Positions 49,999 to 60,251 of a stretch of 64,000 nucleotides of DNA are shown one piece after another. Position 1 is the stretch's first letter. Every line of letters begins with the position of its first letter. The position numbers were made by a program, and so were the translations under genes. The notes under the pieces are model-generated. The model was not told the DNA's origin and did no database searches. It was given only the letters and a program-made list of their open reading frames with translations. The DNA is from Gammaproteobacteria bacterium (GTDB taxonomy: Bacteria; Pseudomonadota; Gammaproteobacteria; Magnimaribacterales; AG-339-G14). The stretch spans positions 401-64,400 of the forward strand of contig SGZL01000005.1 in the NCBI GenBank assembly GCA_004213955.1, written 5' to 3'.

Positions 49999-50943
49999 AT
50001 GAAAGATTCGGATGAATTTAGTTTTTTAAAAGAAACTTTTAAATCTTTGGGGAATCAATATTTTGATTCCTCGGAGATTATCATTGGACCAGGCGATGAC
50101 GCAGGTTTAGTAAAAAATTCTCAAGAAACAGTTTATTCCGTAGATGCTTCGGTGGCAGGCGTTCATTTTCCTGAAAACTTAGCGGCAGAGCATATCGCTT
50201 TTAGATCTCTCAGTACCGCTGCAAGCGATGTGGTTGCCTGCGGAGGTGCTTTAAAATGGGTCTTAGTATCTTTAACAACAGACAGAGCCGACCTAAATTG
50301 GATGAAAGAATTTGTAAAAGGACTAAAAGATTTTTCGGATGAATATTCGTGTCCAATCTTAGGCGGAGACTTAAGTAGAGGAAAACAATGCAATATAGCG
50401 ATTACTGTTTGTGGAAAATTAGATCAACAAAATTTTATGAAGCGTAGTGGAGCAGAGGTTGGCGATAAAATTTTTGTAACCAACGAACTTGGTTTAGCTA
50501 AAAAAGGCTTGGAAGAGATTAAGCTGAATCCAGAAGACTTAGATTTCACCTCGAAAAATATATCTAAATTTATACGCCCAAAATTACATTTTAATTTCGG
50601 ACAAGAAATCTCTCATTATGCAAATTCCTGTATCGATATTTCAGATGGCCTTATTTCAGATCTCGGTCATATTTGTGAAGCTAGTAATGTTGGCGCTCAA
50701 TTGAATGCTGATTTAATACCTGTTGAAGGTGAAATTGAGGATGCGTTAACTTGGGGAGACGACTACGAATTATGTTTTACTGTCCCGTCAGAAATGGAGT
50801 CAAAAATAGAATCTTTAGGAAAAAAACATGGGCTTGAAATTACACAAATTGGTGAAATCACAAAAACTTCTGAAGTTGAAGTTTTTAAAGATTGTCGTTT
50901 AGTAACTTTTAAGAAAAGGGGATACAATCATTTTGATGAGTAA
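49999..50943 (+). CDS. thiL: Thiamine-monophosphate kinase
   Basis: GPGDDA, GVHF, SDVVACG, LGGDL, IDISDGLISDLGHI, GDDYELCFT, GYNHF. Confidence 0.93.
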   Translation: MKDSDEFSFLKETFKSLGNQYFDSSEIIIGPGDDAGLVKNSQETVYSVDASVAGVHFPENLAAEHIAFRSLSTAASDVVACGGALKWVLVSLTTDRADLNWMKEFVKGLKDFSDEYSCPILGGDLSRGKQCNIAITVCGKLDQQNFMKRSGAEVGDKIFVTNELGLAKKGLEEIKLNPEDLDFTSKNISKFIRPKLHFNFGQEISHYANSCIDISDGLISDLGHICEASNVGAQLNADLIPVEGEIEDALTWGDDYELCFTVPSEMESKIESLGKKHGLEITQIGEITKTSEVEVFKDCRLVTFKKRGYNHFDE

Positions 50944-51445
50944 AAAGTTCTCTGTTTTTTCATCTCCCTTTGCTTTTATTTCGACACTATTTGGAATCGG
51001 ACGTTTACCATTTGCACCTGGAACATGGGGTTCACTAGCTGCATTGGTTGTGTTTTTATTTTCTGTAATTTTTTTTGCATTAAATTTTATAGAGGTTTCT
51101 TTTATCACGGTTTTTATAATTCTGTTTTCCTTTTGGATTTGCGATCGAGCCACCATTAAGTTGCCTGAAACTGAAAGAGATCAAAAAGCAATCGTTCTGG
51201 ATGAATTTGCAGGATTATGGGTCGCATGTTTACCAGCTGCCAGTATTTTAATGGTAAGAGAGCTACTAATTTTTTCACTAATAGCTTTTGTTTTTTTTCG
51301 AATATTTGATATTTGGAAACCAGCTCCAATAGGTCTAATAGATAAAAAATTCAAAAATGGATTTGGGATAGTTGGGGACGATTTAATTGCTGGAGTGTAT
51401 GCAGCAATAGCTACGAGTCTAGTTTTTTATTTATTTGTTCAATAA
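50933..51445 (+). CDS. pgpA: Phosphatidylglycerophosphatase A
   Basis: APGTWGSL, IVLDEFAG, FRIFDIWKP, GIVGDDLIAG. Confidence 0.93.
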   Translation: MMSKKFSVFSSPFAFISTLFGIGRLPFAPGTWGSLAALVVFLFSVIFFALNFIEVSFITVFIILFSFWICDRATIKLPETERDQKAIVLDEFAGLWVACLPAASILMVRELLIFSLIAFVFFRIFDIWKPAPIGLIDKKFKNGFGIVGDDLIAGVYAAIATSLVFYLFVQ

Positions 51446-53285
51446 TTTTTGTTTTCTCTAGATTTGCTTCAGTTTTTTGATCAGCTGGAGAACCAATCGA
51501 TGGAAAGTAATCAGGAATTCCAATGTTCAATATTTTAGTAGAAGCACCACTATTATTTAAAAATTCATTCACTGCCGAACCCGCGCCACCAGCAATCATG
51601 TTCTCTTCAAGAGTTACTAGCAATTCGTGCTTTTCAGCAAGTTTTGCAATCAAATCTTCATCAAGAGGTTTGACAAAACGCATGTCAATTAAACTGCAGT
51701 TCAATTCATCTGCAATCTCATCAGCTAAATTTAATAGAGAGCCAAAAGAAAGAATTGCAACGTTATTATCTTTTTCTCTTAATATCTTTGCTTTTCCAAC
51801 TGATAAAGTTTCATGATTGTTTTCAATTTTTTCTCCAGGTCCTGAACCTCTTGGATATCTCACTGCGACTGGACCATCAATTGCGTAACCAGTATTTAAC
51901 ATTTTCCATAATTCGTCCTCATTAGAGGGGGTCATGATGGTTAGATTAGGCACACATCTCAAATACGTTAAATCAAAAATCCCTGCGTGAGTGGCACCGT
52001 CTTCTCCAACGAAACCGGCTCTGTCTATAGCCAATAAAACATTTAAGTTTTGAATTGCAACATCGTGAATTAACTGATCATAAGCTCTTTGTAAAAAAGT
52101 AGAGTAGATTGCTAAAACTGGTTTTTTGCCTGCGCAAGCTAAGCCGGCAGCAAAAGTCATACTGTGCTGCTCAGCAATAGCCACATCGTAAAATTGATTC
52201 GGAAAAGTTTTTGAAAAATTTACTAATCCTGAACCTTCCGCCATTGCCGGTGTAATGGCTACAAAGTTTTCGTCCATCCCAGCTTTCTCACAAGCCCATT
52301 CTCCAAAGATATCGGAATACTTTGCTTTCTTATTTTGGTTGACCTCTTCTGGAGAGGGCATTTTAGAAATAGCATGATACCCCACTGGATCTGCTTCAGC
52401 TGGAATAAAACCTTTGCCCTTTGTAGTAATGATGTGGAGAAATTTTGGGCCTTTTAAATTTTCTAGATTTTTTAGGGTTTCCACCAAAAAATTTAAATCG
52501 TGCCCATCAATTGGACCAATGTAATGAAAACCTAATTCCTCGAACATTGCTCCAGGAGTAAACATGCCTTTGAAATGAATTTCTGCTTTACTGGCGAATC
52601 TCTTAGCCGAAGGTATAAATCTCATGGCTTTTTTCCCACCTTCTCGAATTTGCGTATACCATTTACTCGACCAAATTTTATTTAAGTAATTGGAGATGCC
52701 TCCGATATTATTAGAAATAGACATGTTGTTGTCGTTAAGCACAATGAGAAAATCTTCATCTTCTAAGGACCCTGCATGGGCAAGTGCTTCAAATGCCATT
52801 CCTCCTGTGATTGCTCCATCACCAATTACTGCTATTTGTTTATTATTAGAGTCGGAATTACCTCTTGCCATTCCTAAGGCTGCGCTTATCGAAGTACTAG
52901 AGTGACCTACACCAAAGGCGTCATGGGGGCTTTCTTCTCTCGAAGGGAAGGGATGCAGCCCGTCTTTCTTCCTTATACTTTCTATACTTGTTTTTCTACC
53001 AGTAAGAATTTTATGTGGATAAGCTTGATGACCGACATCCCAAACAATCTTATCATCTGGAGAGTTATAAACGTGATGCAGTGCAACGGTTAACTCAACC
53101 ACACCAAGACCAGCACCAAAATGTCCTCCAGATTTTCCAACCGAATATAGTAAAAATTCTCTTACTTCGTCTGCTAGTTGATTTAGTTCAATCTTTGAGA
53201 GATTTCTTATACCTTCAGGCAAATCTAGTGTATCCATTAGATTGGTTGAGGGTAAATCTTTTGGAATTTCTTTAAAAGTTTTCAT
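51411..53285 (-). CDS. dxs: 1-deoxy-D-xylulose-5-phosphate synthase
   Basis: GGHFGAGLGVVEL, WDVGHQAYPHK, GDGAITGGMAFEAL, IAEQH, DRAG, VRYPRG. Confidence 0.97.
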   Translation of the reverse strand: MKTFKEIPKDLPSTNLMDTLDLPEGIRNLSKIELNQLADEVREFLLYSVGKSGGHFGAGLGVVELTVALHHVYNSPDDKIVWDVGHQAYPHKILTGRKTSIESIRKKDGLHPFPSREESPHDAFGVGHSSTSISAALGMARGNSDSNNKQIAVIGDGAITGGMAFEALAHAGSLEDEDFLIVLNDNNMSISNNIGGISNYLNKIWSSKWYTQIREGGKKAMRFIPSAKRFASKAEIHFKGMFTPGAMFEELGFHYIGPIDGHDLNFLVETLKNLENLKGPKFLHIITTKGKGFIPAEADPVGYHAISKMPSPEEVNQNKKAKYSDIFGEWACEKAGMDENFVAITPAMAEGSGLVNFSKTFPNQFYDVAIAEQHSMTFAAGLACAGKKPVLAIYSTFLQRAYDQLIHDVAIQNLNVLLAIDRAGFVGEDGATHAGIFDLTYLRCVPNLTIMTPSNEDELWKMLNTGYAIDGPVAVRYPRGSGPGEKIENNHETLSVGKAKILREKDNNVAILSFGSLLNLADEIADELNCSLIDMRFVKPLDEDLIAKLAEKHELLVTLEENMIAGGAGSAVNEFLNNSGASTKILNIGIPDYFPSIGSPADQKTEANLEKTKIIEQINKKLDS

Positions 53286-54182
53286 TTAGGATTGTCTCTC
53301 AACAATTAATTTACATAAATCTTCTAATTTTTTTGTATCGTAAGGAAGTGACGTTAAGATATTGATTGCAGTATTTGCAAGCCTTTGAGCTTTTTTTTGA
53401 GATTTTTCTAATCCTAAAACAGAAGGGTATGTTGATTTATTTTTGTTTTGATCGGAACCAACAGGTTTGCCAATATTTTTCTCATCACCGATTACGTCGA
53501 GGATATCGTCTCTAATTTGAAAAGCTAATCCGAATTTTTTTGAAAATCTAATTAACTTATCTATTTCATCTTTTTTAATTTTTTTCTTTAAAAGGCATAC
53601 CGATAGGACGCATGCTTCAATAAGCTTGCCAGTTTTTAGATAGTGAACTTTATCCAATTGAAGTTCATTCAATTTTTTATTTTCTGCTTTGATATCTAAG
53701 TTTTGACCTTCCACCATTCCCTTTGGTCCGCAAGCTTTAGCAAAAACGTTGATAATTTTACATTTAGACTCAGCTGATAAGTTTTTATCATTTATTGAGG
53801 TAAGGATTTCTAGTGACAAAGGCTGAATGGCGTCCCCGGCAAGAATTGCGGTGGCTTCACTAAATTTCTTATGACAACTTAGTTTTCCACGTCTGAAATC
53901 GTCATCGTCCATTGCTGGTAAATCGTCATGAATCAGTGAATAGCAATGAATTAATTCGCCTGCAGCAGCCATTAAATCAATTGTTTTATTCTTAACATCT
54001 ACCTTGAGCGCATCTGCCATTAATAACATCAGCTGAGGCCTCATTCTTTTACCTCCGTTCATTACAGAATAATGAATGGCTCTAGTTATCTCTGAATAGT
54101 TTTTTTTAGGGATAGAATCAAGTAAAGCCTTATTTATTCTGACAAGATTCTTGTCCAGATAAGTTGCTTTATTATTCTTCAT
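53286..54182 (-). CDS. ispA: Farnesyl diphosphate synthase
   Basis: [49 protein letters not shown]. Confidence 0.95.
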   Translation of the reverse strand: MKNNKATYLDKNLVRINKALLDSIPKKNYSEITRAIHYSVMNGGKRMRPQLMLLMADALKVDVKNKTIDLMAAAGELIHCYSLIHDDLPAMDDDDFRRGKLSCHKKFSEATAILAGDAIQPLSLEILTSINDKNLSAESKCKIINVFAKACGPKGMVEGQNLDIKAENKKLNELQLDKVHYLKTGKLIEACVLSVCLLKKKIKKDEIDKLIRFSKKFGLAFQIRDDILDVIGDEKNIGKPVGSDQNKNKSTYPSVLGLEKSQKKAQRLANTAINILTSLPYDTKKLEDLCKLIVERQS

Positions 54183-54408
54183 CGAAAGTTTCTAAGTCTA
54201 TAGACCCATCTTTACTTTCGACAAGTTTTTGGATTTTTAATTCCGCTTTGGATAGTAGATTTTGGCAATGCTTAGTAAGCTTCACACCTTCTTCAAACGT
54301 TTTAATTGATTCTTCTAGCGGAAGATCGCCGTTTTCAAGATCAGAAACTATTTTTTCTAATTTCTTAAGAGAAGTTTCAAAATCTTTATTGTTTTCTTGT
54401 TTACTCAT
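54172..54408 (-). CDS. xseB: Exodeoxyribonuclease VII small subunit
   Basis: [35 protein letters not shown]. Confidence 0.95.
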   Translation of the reverse strand: MSKQENNKDFETSLKKLEKIVSDLENGDLPLEESIKTFEEGVKLTKHCQNLLSKAELKIQKLVESKDGSIDLETFDEE

Positions 54409-57400
54409 TTATCAAAGAATCTGATTTTACAGATTTAATATTCACAAAGAAATATTTAATTTTCTCAGGAAGCATCAACCAGCAAGGAGTTAAGATCAAT
54501 GTCAAAAAGGCAGAAAAAGTTAAACCCCAAACCACTGCAAAAGACATAGGACTCCACCATTCTGCAACTCTGCCGCCAATCTCTACATCTCGAGCTAGTA
54601 AATCAACACCAAACCCTGAAGCTAATGGAAGCAATCCAATTACAGTTGTTGCAGTTGTTAATATTATCGGACGTAATCTTTGCGAAGCAGTTCTGATAAT
54701 TATCTCTTTAAGAGAGGAATTTTTGTTTTCGCGTCTCAATATGTTGAAAGTATCCACAAGCACGATGTTGTTATTAACTACTATTCCCGCCAAAGCAATT
54801 ATTCCTAAATTAGTGAAAAGAAAACTCATTGGTGTTTGCGTAATGGTTAGGCCCAAGTACACCCCAGCAGTGGAGAGAAATATAGCTGAGATTACTATCC
54901 AAACTTGATAAAAACTATTGAGTTGAATAGTCAAAAGTATAGCCATTAAGAAAACTCCTACAGCTGCAGCACCTCTCATGAAAGAAGCATTTTTATCGGT
55001 TTCTTCTTGCTCTCCTCCAAATACAAATTCAATGTCATTATATTCTTTAGCATCCTCGATCCATTGATTTAGAAGGGGGATGACGTCTTGTGTTAATGCT
55101 CCAGGAGCATAGTCGGCAGCTACAGTAAAGGCTCTCTCGCCGGAAACTCTTCTGATATAAGGAGCTTCGTATTCTGGCTCATAAGAAACAAAGCTGCTAA
55201 GTGGTACTGAACCAAAATTGGTGAGAACGTTTAAATTTTCAAACATATCTAACCTTCTTTCTTCTTGAGGAAATCTAATTCTTATGTCTAATTCTTCGTC
55301 GACATCATTAGGCCTGTACTCACCTACTTTTACACCGCCTGTCATAAATTGAATTGCCGCACCTATATCAGATGTTTCGACGCCATATTGAGAGGCTTTT
55401 TCCTTATCAATTTTTATCTTCCACTTCAGTTGTTTTGTAGGAATAGTTGTATAGGTGTTCATGACCCCAGGTATATTTGCTTTCATGAAATTGGAAAGTG
55501 CTTCTGTTGCTTCGTAAACCATCTCGAAATCACTACCAAAAACTTCTATTTCAATCGGCGAGCCTACTGGCGGACCATTGTTTCTTTCTCTAATGGTTAC
55601 ATTTAATCCAGGAGTATTTTGTAATTTACCTTGTAATTCTTTCATTACATCTGATCCAGATTGAATATGAACATCTTTATCAAATGGCATCTCAATATAG
55701 ATTGCTCCCAATCTATCTGAATTACCTCTATCTCTTGGATCATCTCTTCCTGCTTGCTGCATACTGACAGTCTCAGGACCTGGAACGGTCATTACTACTT
55801 CTTGAATTTCTTTTAAAAAATTAAATTTTTCTTCTACGTTTAAATTTCCTCTTCCTTCTACTTCTACAATTATCGTGTCTGGATCTTCTTCAACAAAAAA
55901 GTTTCCACCAGGACCATGTTGAAAGAAGACAACGTAAATACTTACCACAAGCAAAAAAATAAATGTAATCACTTTTGCTGGGTAATCTAAAATCTTGTCT
56001 AAAAATCTTGCATATTTTCCTGTGAATCCTTCTAAAGATTTCGGATCTCCAGTTTCTAAAACTAAAGAATTTTTTATCGATTTATTATTTCTGTTTCCAA
56101 GGTTCCCGAATATTGAGCCGATGGCTGGAGTAAAAATTAATGCATAAAGTATTGAACCAGATAAGACAGCTACTAAAGTAACTATCATTGGCCTCATGAA
56201 CTCACCCGACATACCTTCCCAAAATATGAACGGGAAAAAAATTGCTAGAGTAGTCAAAATTGATACAACTACGGGCCAAAACATTCGGGTCCCAGCAATT
56301 CTATAAGCTTCTTTTTTGTCAAAGCCTTCACTCATCTTTCTGTCGGCATATTCAACGACGACTACTGCTCCATCAATTAACATGCCAAGAGAGATTAAAA
56401 TCCCAAAGCAAACCATAAAATTGAACGTGTAACCAATAGGAGAAAGAAATAGGCACGCAAATAAGATACAAGTAGGAATAGAAAGGCCAACTAATATAGA
56501 GGACCTTATTCCCATCGCAGCCACTACAAGAGTCATAACTAAAACAAGAGCAGTCATAATATTACCCATGAGCTCTGAAACTAACTCAACAGACATATCA
56601 GTTCTATCTTCGGTGATAATTATCTCCATGCCTTCAGGTAAAATTTTCACAGCTTCATTAACAATGGCATTTACTCCTTGAGCAACGACAACTTCTCTTG
56701 CATCACTTTTTTTAAATATGGTCAAAGCAATAGCTCTTTCGCCGTTAACGTTTGCAATCGAATCTTTATCTTTGAAAGTTCTTTTGAGCTTGACCAAATC
56801 ATCCAAGGTCACAACTGCATTGTTATTTTCTAAAACTGGAATATTTCCAACGTCATCTAAAGTTTCAAAAACAGAAGGCACTGAAACATAAAATTCTCCT
56901 GTACTAGAAACAATTTTTCCAGCTGGAATGGCTTTATTATTTTGTGAAATAGCATTGTAAAGCGCAAAAGGAGAAACATTGTAGCTATCTAGTTTTGTTT
57001 TATTAATTTCAGCTTCTAAAACTTCATCGGGCACTCCATTTATGTTGGCCTCTAAAATTCCGGGAAGTTTTTCGATGTCGTCTTGTAGAGCCTTGGCAGT
57101 ATTTAACAGCTCTCGGTCGGTAGCATTTTTGGAAGTAATGTTTATATTCATTACTGGAAATTCATCAAGTGTAAATTCTTTTACTTGAGGTTGTTCCGCA
57201 TCTTGAGGCAACTCAGGAATTACTTCGTCCACCGCATCTTTTACATCTTGGACAGATTTTTCGACCGGATAAGACGTAGGAAATTCTAAAATAATGTGGG
57301 ACAGACTTTCCCTGCTATAGGATTCTATTTTTACTAACTCATCTACAGTTTTTAGTTTGTTTTCAAGAGGTTTAGCGATTAGTCTTTCAGCATCCTCAGG

Positions 57401-57568
57401 AGAAACGCCATCATAAAAAGTACTTACGAAAACATATGGGATGTTGATGTCAGCGTAAGCAGAGGCAGGAATTTGGGATAGAGACGCAAAACCTGTTGCT
57501 ATTATGAAGGAAAGAATAGTAAAGGTAGATCGATACCTTTCTATAAAAAAATTAATTAAGCTTTTCAT
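54401..57568 (-). CDS. RND efflux permease (AcrB/AcrD/AcrF family)
   Basis: [43 protein letters not shown]; 12-TM pattern with two periplasmic loops. Confidence 0.93.
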   Translation of the reverse strand: MKSLINFFIERYRSTFTILSFIIATGFASLSQIPASAYADINIPYVFVSTFYDGVSPEDAERLIAKPLENKLKTVDELVKIESYSRESLSHIILEFPTSYPVEKSVQDVKDAVDEVIPELPQDAEQPQVKEFTLDEFPVMNINITSKNATDRELLNTAKALQDDIEKLPGILEANINGVPDEVLEAEINKTKLDSYNVSPFALYNAISQNNKAIPAGKIVSSTGEFYVSVPSVFETLDDVGNIPVLENNNAVVTLDDLVKLKRTFKDKDSIANVNGERAIALTIFKKSDAREVVVAQGVNAIVNEAVKILPEGMEIIITEDRTDMSVELVSELMGNIMTALVLVMTLVVAAMGIRSSILVGLSIPTCILFACLFLSPIGYTFNFMVCFGILISLGMLIDGAVVVVEYADRKMSEGFDKKEAYRIAGTRMFWPVVVSILTTLAIFFPFIFWEGMSGEFMRPMIVTLVAVLSGSILYALIFTPAIGSIFGNLGNRNNKSIKNSLVLETGDPKSLEGFTGKYARFLDKILDYPAKVITFIFLLVVSIYVVFFQHGPGGNFFVEEDPDTIIVEVEGRGNLNVEEKFNFLKEIQEVVMTVPGPETVSMQQAGRDDPRDRGNSDRLGAIYIEMPFDKDVHIQSGSDVMKELQGKLQNTPGLNVTIRERNNGPPVGSPIEIEVFGSDFEMVYEATEALSNFMKANIPGVMNTYTTIPTKQLKWKIKIDKEKASQYGVETSDIGAAIQFMTGGVKVGEYRPNDVDEELDIRIRFPQEERRLDMFENLNVLTNFGSVPLSSFVSYEPEYEAPYIRRVSGERAFTVAADYAPGALTQDVIPLLNQWIEDAKEYNDIEFVFGGEQEETDKNASFMRGAAAVGVFLMAILLTIQLNSFYQVWIVISAIFLSTAGVYLGLTITQTPMSFLFTNLGIIALAGIVVNNNIVLVDTFNILRRENKNSSLKEIIIRTASQRLRPIILTTATTVIGLLPLASGFGVDLLARDVEIGGRVAEWWSPMSFAVVWGLTFSAFLTLILTPCWLMLPEKIKYFFVNIKSVKSDSLINE

Positions 57569-58619
57569 TAGGATTTAGTCGTTGATCCAAAGCAAAATTT
57601 ACTTTTTCTCCATCGTTTACATAATCCTGGCCAACAGTGATAATTTTTGATGAAGAAGGTAATCCTGAAACCCAAACTCCACTTTTTGTATCTTGAATTA
57701 AATTTATTTTTTTAAATTCTACTGTTCCTTCATTCGAAACCAATCTAACGCCCAAATTACCTTCGTCATCTAACCTGAGAATTGAAAGCGGCACTATATT
57801 TGCCATTTGTTCTTTTCCAGAAACAAAAATTTTTGCAGAAGCCCCATCTTTAATTAAGCCATTCTTATTTGACACTTCAACTTCTATTCTGAAGGTATGA
57901 GTGTATGGGTTTGCTGAAGATGCTATGTATGAAATAGTTCCATTGAATTTGTTTCCATCAATAGTTTCAATCAATGCCGAAGATCCTGTCGAGATGTTCA
58001 TTAAATCAGATTCTGAAATTTCTCCGACTAAAATCATAGGGTCAAGATCAAGCAACGTAGCACAAGTACTGCCTCTGCTTAAAAAATCTCCTTCATCTAT
58101 TGAGATTCTGTCTACTATTCCAGCGAAAGGAGCTTTGATTGAAGCGTTGTCTAATTCGAGTTTAGCTCTTTCAAAATTTGATTTAATATTTTGGAACTGA
58201 TTTGAAGAGTAAAGTCCTTCCTCAAATAATTTTTCTGCAGATCTAAATTCTAATTCAGCTTTTTTAAAGAAAGATTCTTTTTCTGCTATGAAAAGAGAGC
58301 AGATAACATCGCCTTTGTTTACAAAAGATCCTTGTTGAATTGGTAGGCTGATTACTTTTCCTGAGGTTTCTGACTTTAATTCAACTTTTTTGTCAGCTTC
58401 GGCAAAACCTTTAATTAAAATTTCTTCTTGGTAAAGAATAGAATTCTGATTCATAACTCTGACAGTAATGTCTTCCTTTATGATTTCGTCTGTTTTGATT
58501 TCAGGAGAATAGAAATAACCAGAAATCATCCACACCATTGCGAACGATATGAACATAATGGACCACTCGATGTTTGAACGAGAGGTAAGATAATTTTTAA
58601 CAGCAATTATTCTGGTCAT
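57552..58619 (-). CDS. RND periplasmic adaptor (membrane fusion protein)
   Basis: N-terminal anchor, ETSGKV...GSFVNKGD, IKAPFAGIV, THTFRIE, WVSGL, ITVGQ. Confidence 0.9.
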   Translation of the reverse strand: MTRIIAVKNYLTSRSNIEWSIMFISFAMVWMISGYFYSPEIKTDEIIKEDITVRVMNQNSILYQEEILIKGFAEADKKVELKSETSGKVISLPIQQGSFVNKGDVICSLFIAEKESFFKKAELEFRSAEKLFEEGLYSSNQFQNIKSNFERAKLELDNASIKAPFAGIVDRISIDEGDFLSRGSTCATLLDLDPMILVGEISESDLMNISTGSSALIETIDGNKFNGTISYIASSANPYTHTFRIEVEVSNKNGLIKDGASAKIFVSGKEQMANIVPLSILRLDDEGNLGVRLVSNEGTVEFKKINLIQDTKSGVWVSGLPSSSKIITVGQDYVNDGEKVNFALDQRLNPNEKLN

Positions 58620-58630
58620 AGCAAAGCGTT

Positions 58631-58680
58631 ATAATATATTTTAAGTTTACACTGTCAACATATAAGTTAACAGTGAAAAC
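58631..58680 (-). promoter_or_regulatory. Promoter of the MFP-RND operon with an overlapping palindromic operator
   Basis: Minus strand TTGACA-N16-TATTAT (58658-58631); inverted repeat GTTT-A-CACTGTCAAC-ATATAA-GTTAACAGTG-A-AAAC (58645-58680). Confidence 0.55.
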
Positions 58681-58723
58681 ATTACTATAAATGTAAATTT
58701 GTCTTTCTCAAGGAATTCAAAAC

Positions 58724-59311
58724 TTAATTAATAAGCTTATTCTTTAATTTTTGGATTTGAGACAATTGAGATGCTTTATTAGGGACAGACTCTACTTTTT
58801 TAGGCAGCTTAGGAAAATTTGGATTTTGAAAAGATTTTCCATCAATGAACTCATCCAATAGGTTGTCGTAATTTATTTTAAATTCTTTGAAACTATCTTT
58901 CTCTGAATGCGTCCATAAAAAATCCCAGCCAGTTTCTGTTCCCATATAAAAAATAATAGGGTGTGACCAAGAGAATCTTTCAAAATTACTTTTAGAATTA
59001 CATACTTCTTGATGTGCTTTTGAGACGCTTGGAATCCCACTTAGATTTGCTTTTAGCTCTTTGCAACTTACCACTAGTTTAGAAAGACTTGGAAGATATT
59101 CTGAAGAAACCATTAAACTACTGACACTATCAAATACAATTTTTTCTTCAAATTTCTGTAATTGAGACAACCAAAGTTGTTTAGCTAAGCTTAAGCTATT
59201 TTTGTCAGGATAAGCTTTATGAAATTGATTGTGATAGGTAACTTCCAATTGAGTAAAAATCAGGTTTACCAATTCAACTTTATTGTTTGGAATTTTAATG
59301 CTCGACATCAA
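58724..59311 (-). CDS. Lambda P-like replication protein (putative domesticated helicase loader)
   Basis: VNLIFTQL...YHNQFHKAY...AKQLW, SEYLPSL, GIPS...AHQEVC, WSHPIIF...ETGWDFL, consistent with the 'replication protein P' family as I recall it; coupled to the upstream DnaT-like gene. Confidence 0.7.
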   Translation of the reverse strand: MMSSIKIPNNKVELVNLIFTQLEVTYHNQFHKAYPDKNSLSLAKQLWLSQLQKFEEKIVFDSVSSLMVSSEYLPSLSKLVVSCKELKANLSGIPSVSKAHQEVCNSKSNFERFSWSHPIIFYMGTETGWDFLWTHSEKDSFKEFKINYDNLLDEFIDGKSFQNPNFPKLPKKVESVPNKASQLSQIQKLKNKLIN

Positions 59312-60251
59312 CCGCCCATTCCTTATCGTTCAGTCTAGATATAATACCAGATGCTTCAGGATTGTTTTTGTACCATTTGTACTTAACGTGCTGAATAAAT
59401 TTAGAATTCCAGGAAGTCATGATTTCATTCGAATCAATCCAAAAAATTCTAAACTCTGCTAATTGTTCGACAGCAAATTTTTTGTTAATTTTTGCTAGTT
59501 TTAAAACATCATAGCAACTTGGATCTGGTTCCCAACTTGAGGTCATTTTTTTTGGTTTATTTTTGTCGTTAATTTTATTGGTAAACTTTGCCCATTCTTT
59601 TCGGACGTGATTAACAAATAAGGTATTCCAAGAATCAGATTTAAAATTTTTTTCTCTCCAAAATAAAATAAATTCTGGAATTGAATTGGTGATAAATTCT
59701 TCTGAAACCTCTGCTGACTTAAGGATGCTGACCGCGTCCATATTAGGCAGCCAAGTCTTTTCAATAGGTTTTTTTAGATTAGGTAAATAATTTAGTTTAT
59801 TTACCTTCTTTTGTTCAGCAACCAAAAATTTGAGAATTCCATCTCTGATAATATTTTTTTGCTTGCTTGAAGATAATTGTTTTTTTAAATTTTCCAAATT
59901 TGATTGTATCGTCTTTTTTTTCACCCCTAGTTGTTTTGCCTGGAAGGTTATTTCTCTCAAAAAAGAGCTTGTGTTATCCCTTGTCGATTTTGTTTTAACG
60001 GGTCTGGTTTTAATGATTTTTAATGATGCGAAATCATTATTTAATTCGACCAAATTTAATTTTTTTAATTTTTGAAGGCACCTAATTATCTTTGTTTCGG
60101 GAATATATGAAAGAAATTTGATTAATTCTTTTATAGAAATTCTTTTGATTTCTTGGGATTTTATTGTTTCAAAAATTATTGCTTCTTCAAGTCCTATAGA
60201 TTCTGCAATGTCTTTGGAAAATACTTGGTGATTTGGGAAGTCTCCCATCAA
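59295..60251 (-). CDS. DnaT-like ssDNA-binding domain protein (lambda O-like, two repeats)
   Basis: N-terminal FSKDIAESIGLEEAII; two repeats W.P...(I/L).EF(I/R).FW......SWN..F..HVK/R. Confidence 0.7.
   Translation of the reverse strand: MMGDFPNHQVFSKDIAESIGLEEAIIFETIKSQEIKRISIKELIKFLSYIPETKIIRCLQKLKKLNLVELNNDFASLKIIKTRPVKTKSTRDNTSSFLREITFQAKQLGVKKKTIQSNLENLKKQLSSSKQKNIIRDGILKFLVAEQKKVNKLNYLPNLKKPIEKTWLPNMDAVSILKSAEVSEEFITNSIPEFILFWREKNFKSDSWNTLFVNHVRKEWAKFTNKINDKNKPKKMTSSWEPDPSCYDVLKLAKINKKFAVEQLAEFRIFWIDSNEIMTSWNSKFIQHVKYKWYKNNPEASGIISRLNDKEWAVDVEH

Noticed and set aside
58724-60251. Prophage remnant
   Set aside because: No integrase, att repeats, structural or lysis genes; the genes are intact and translationally coupled to aroG.
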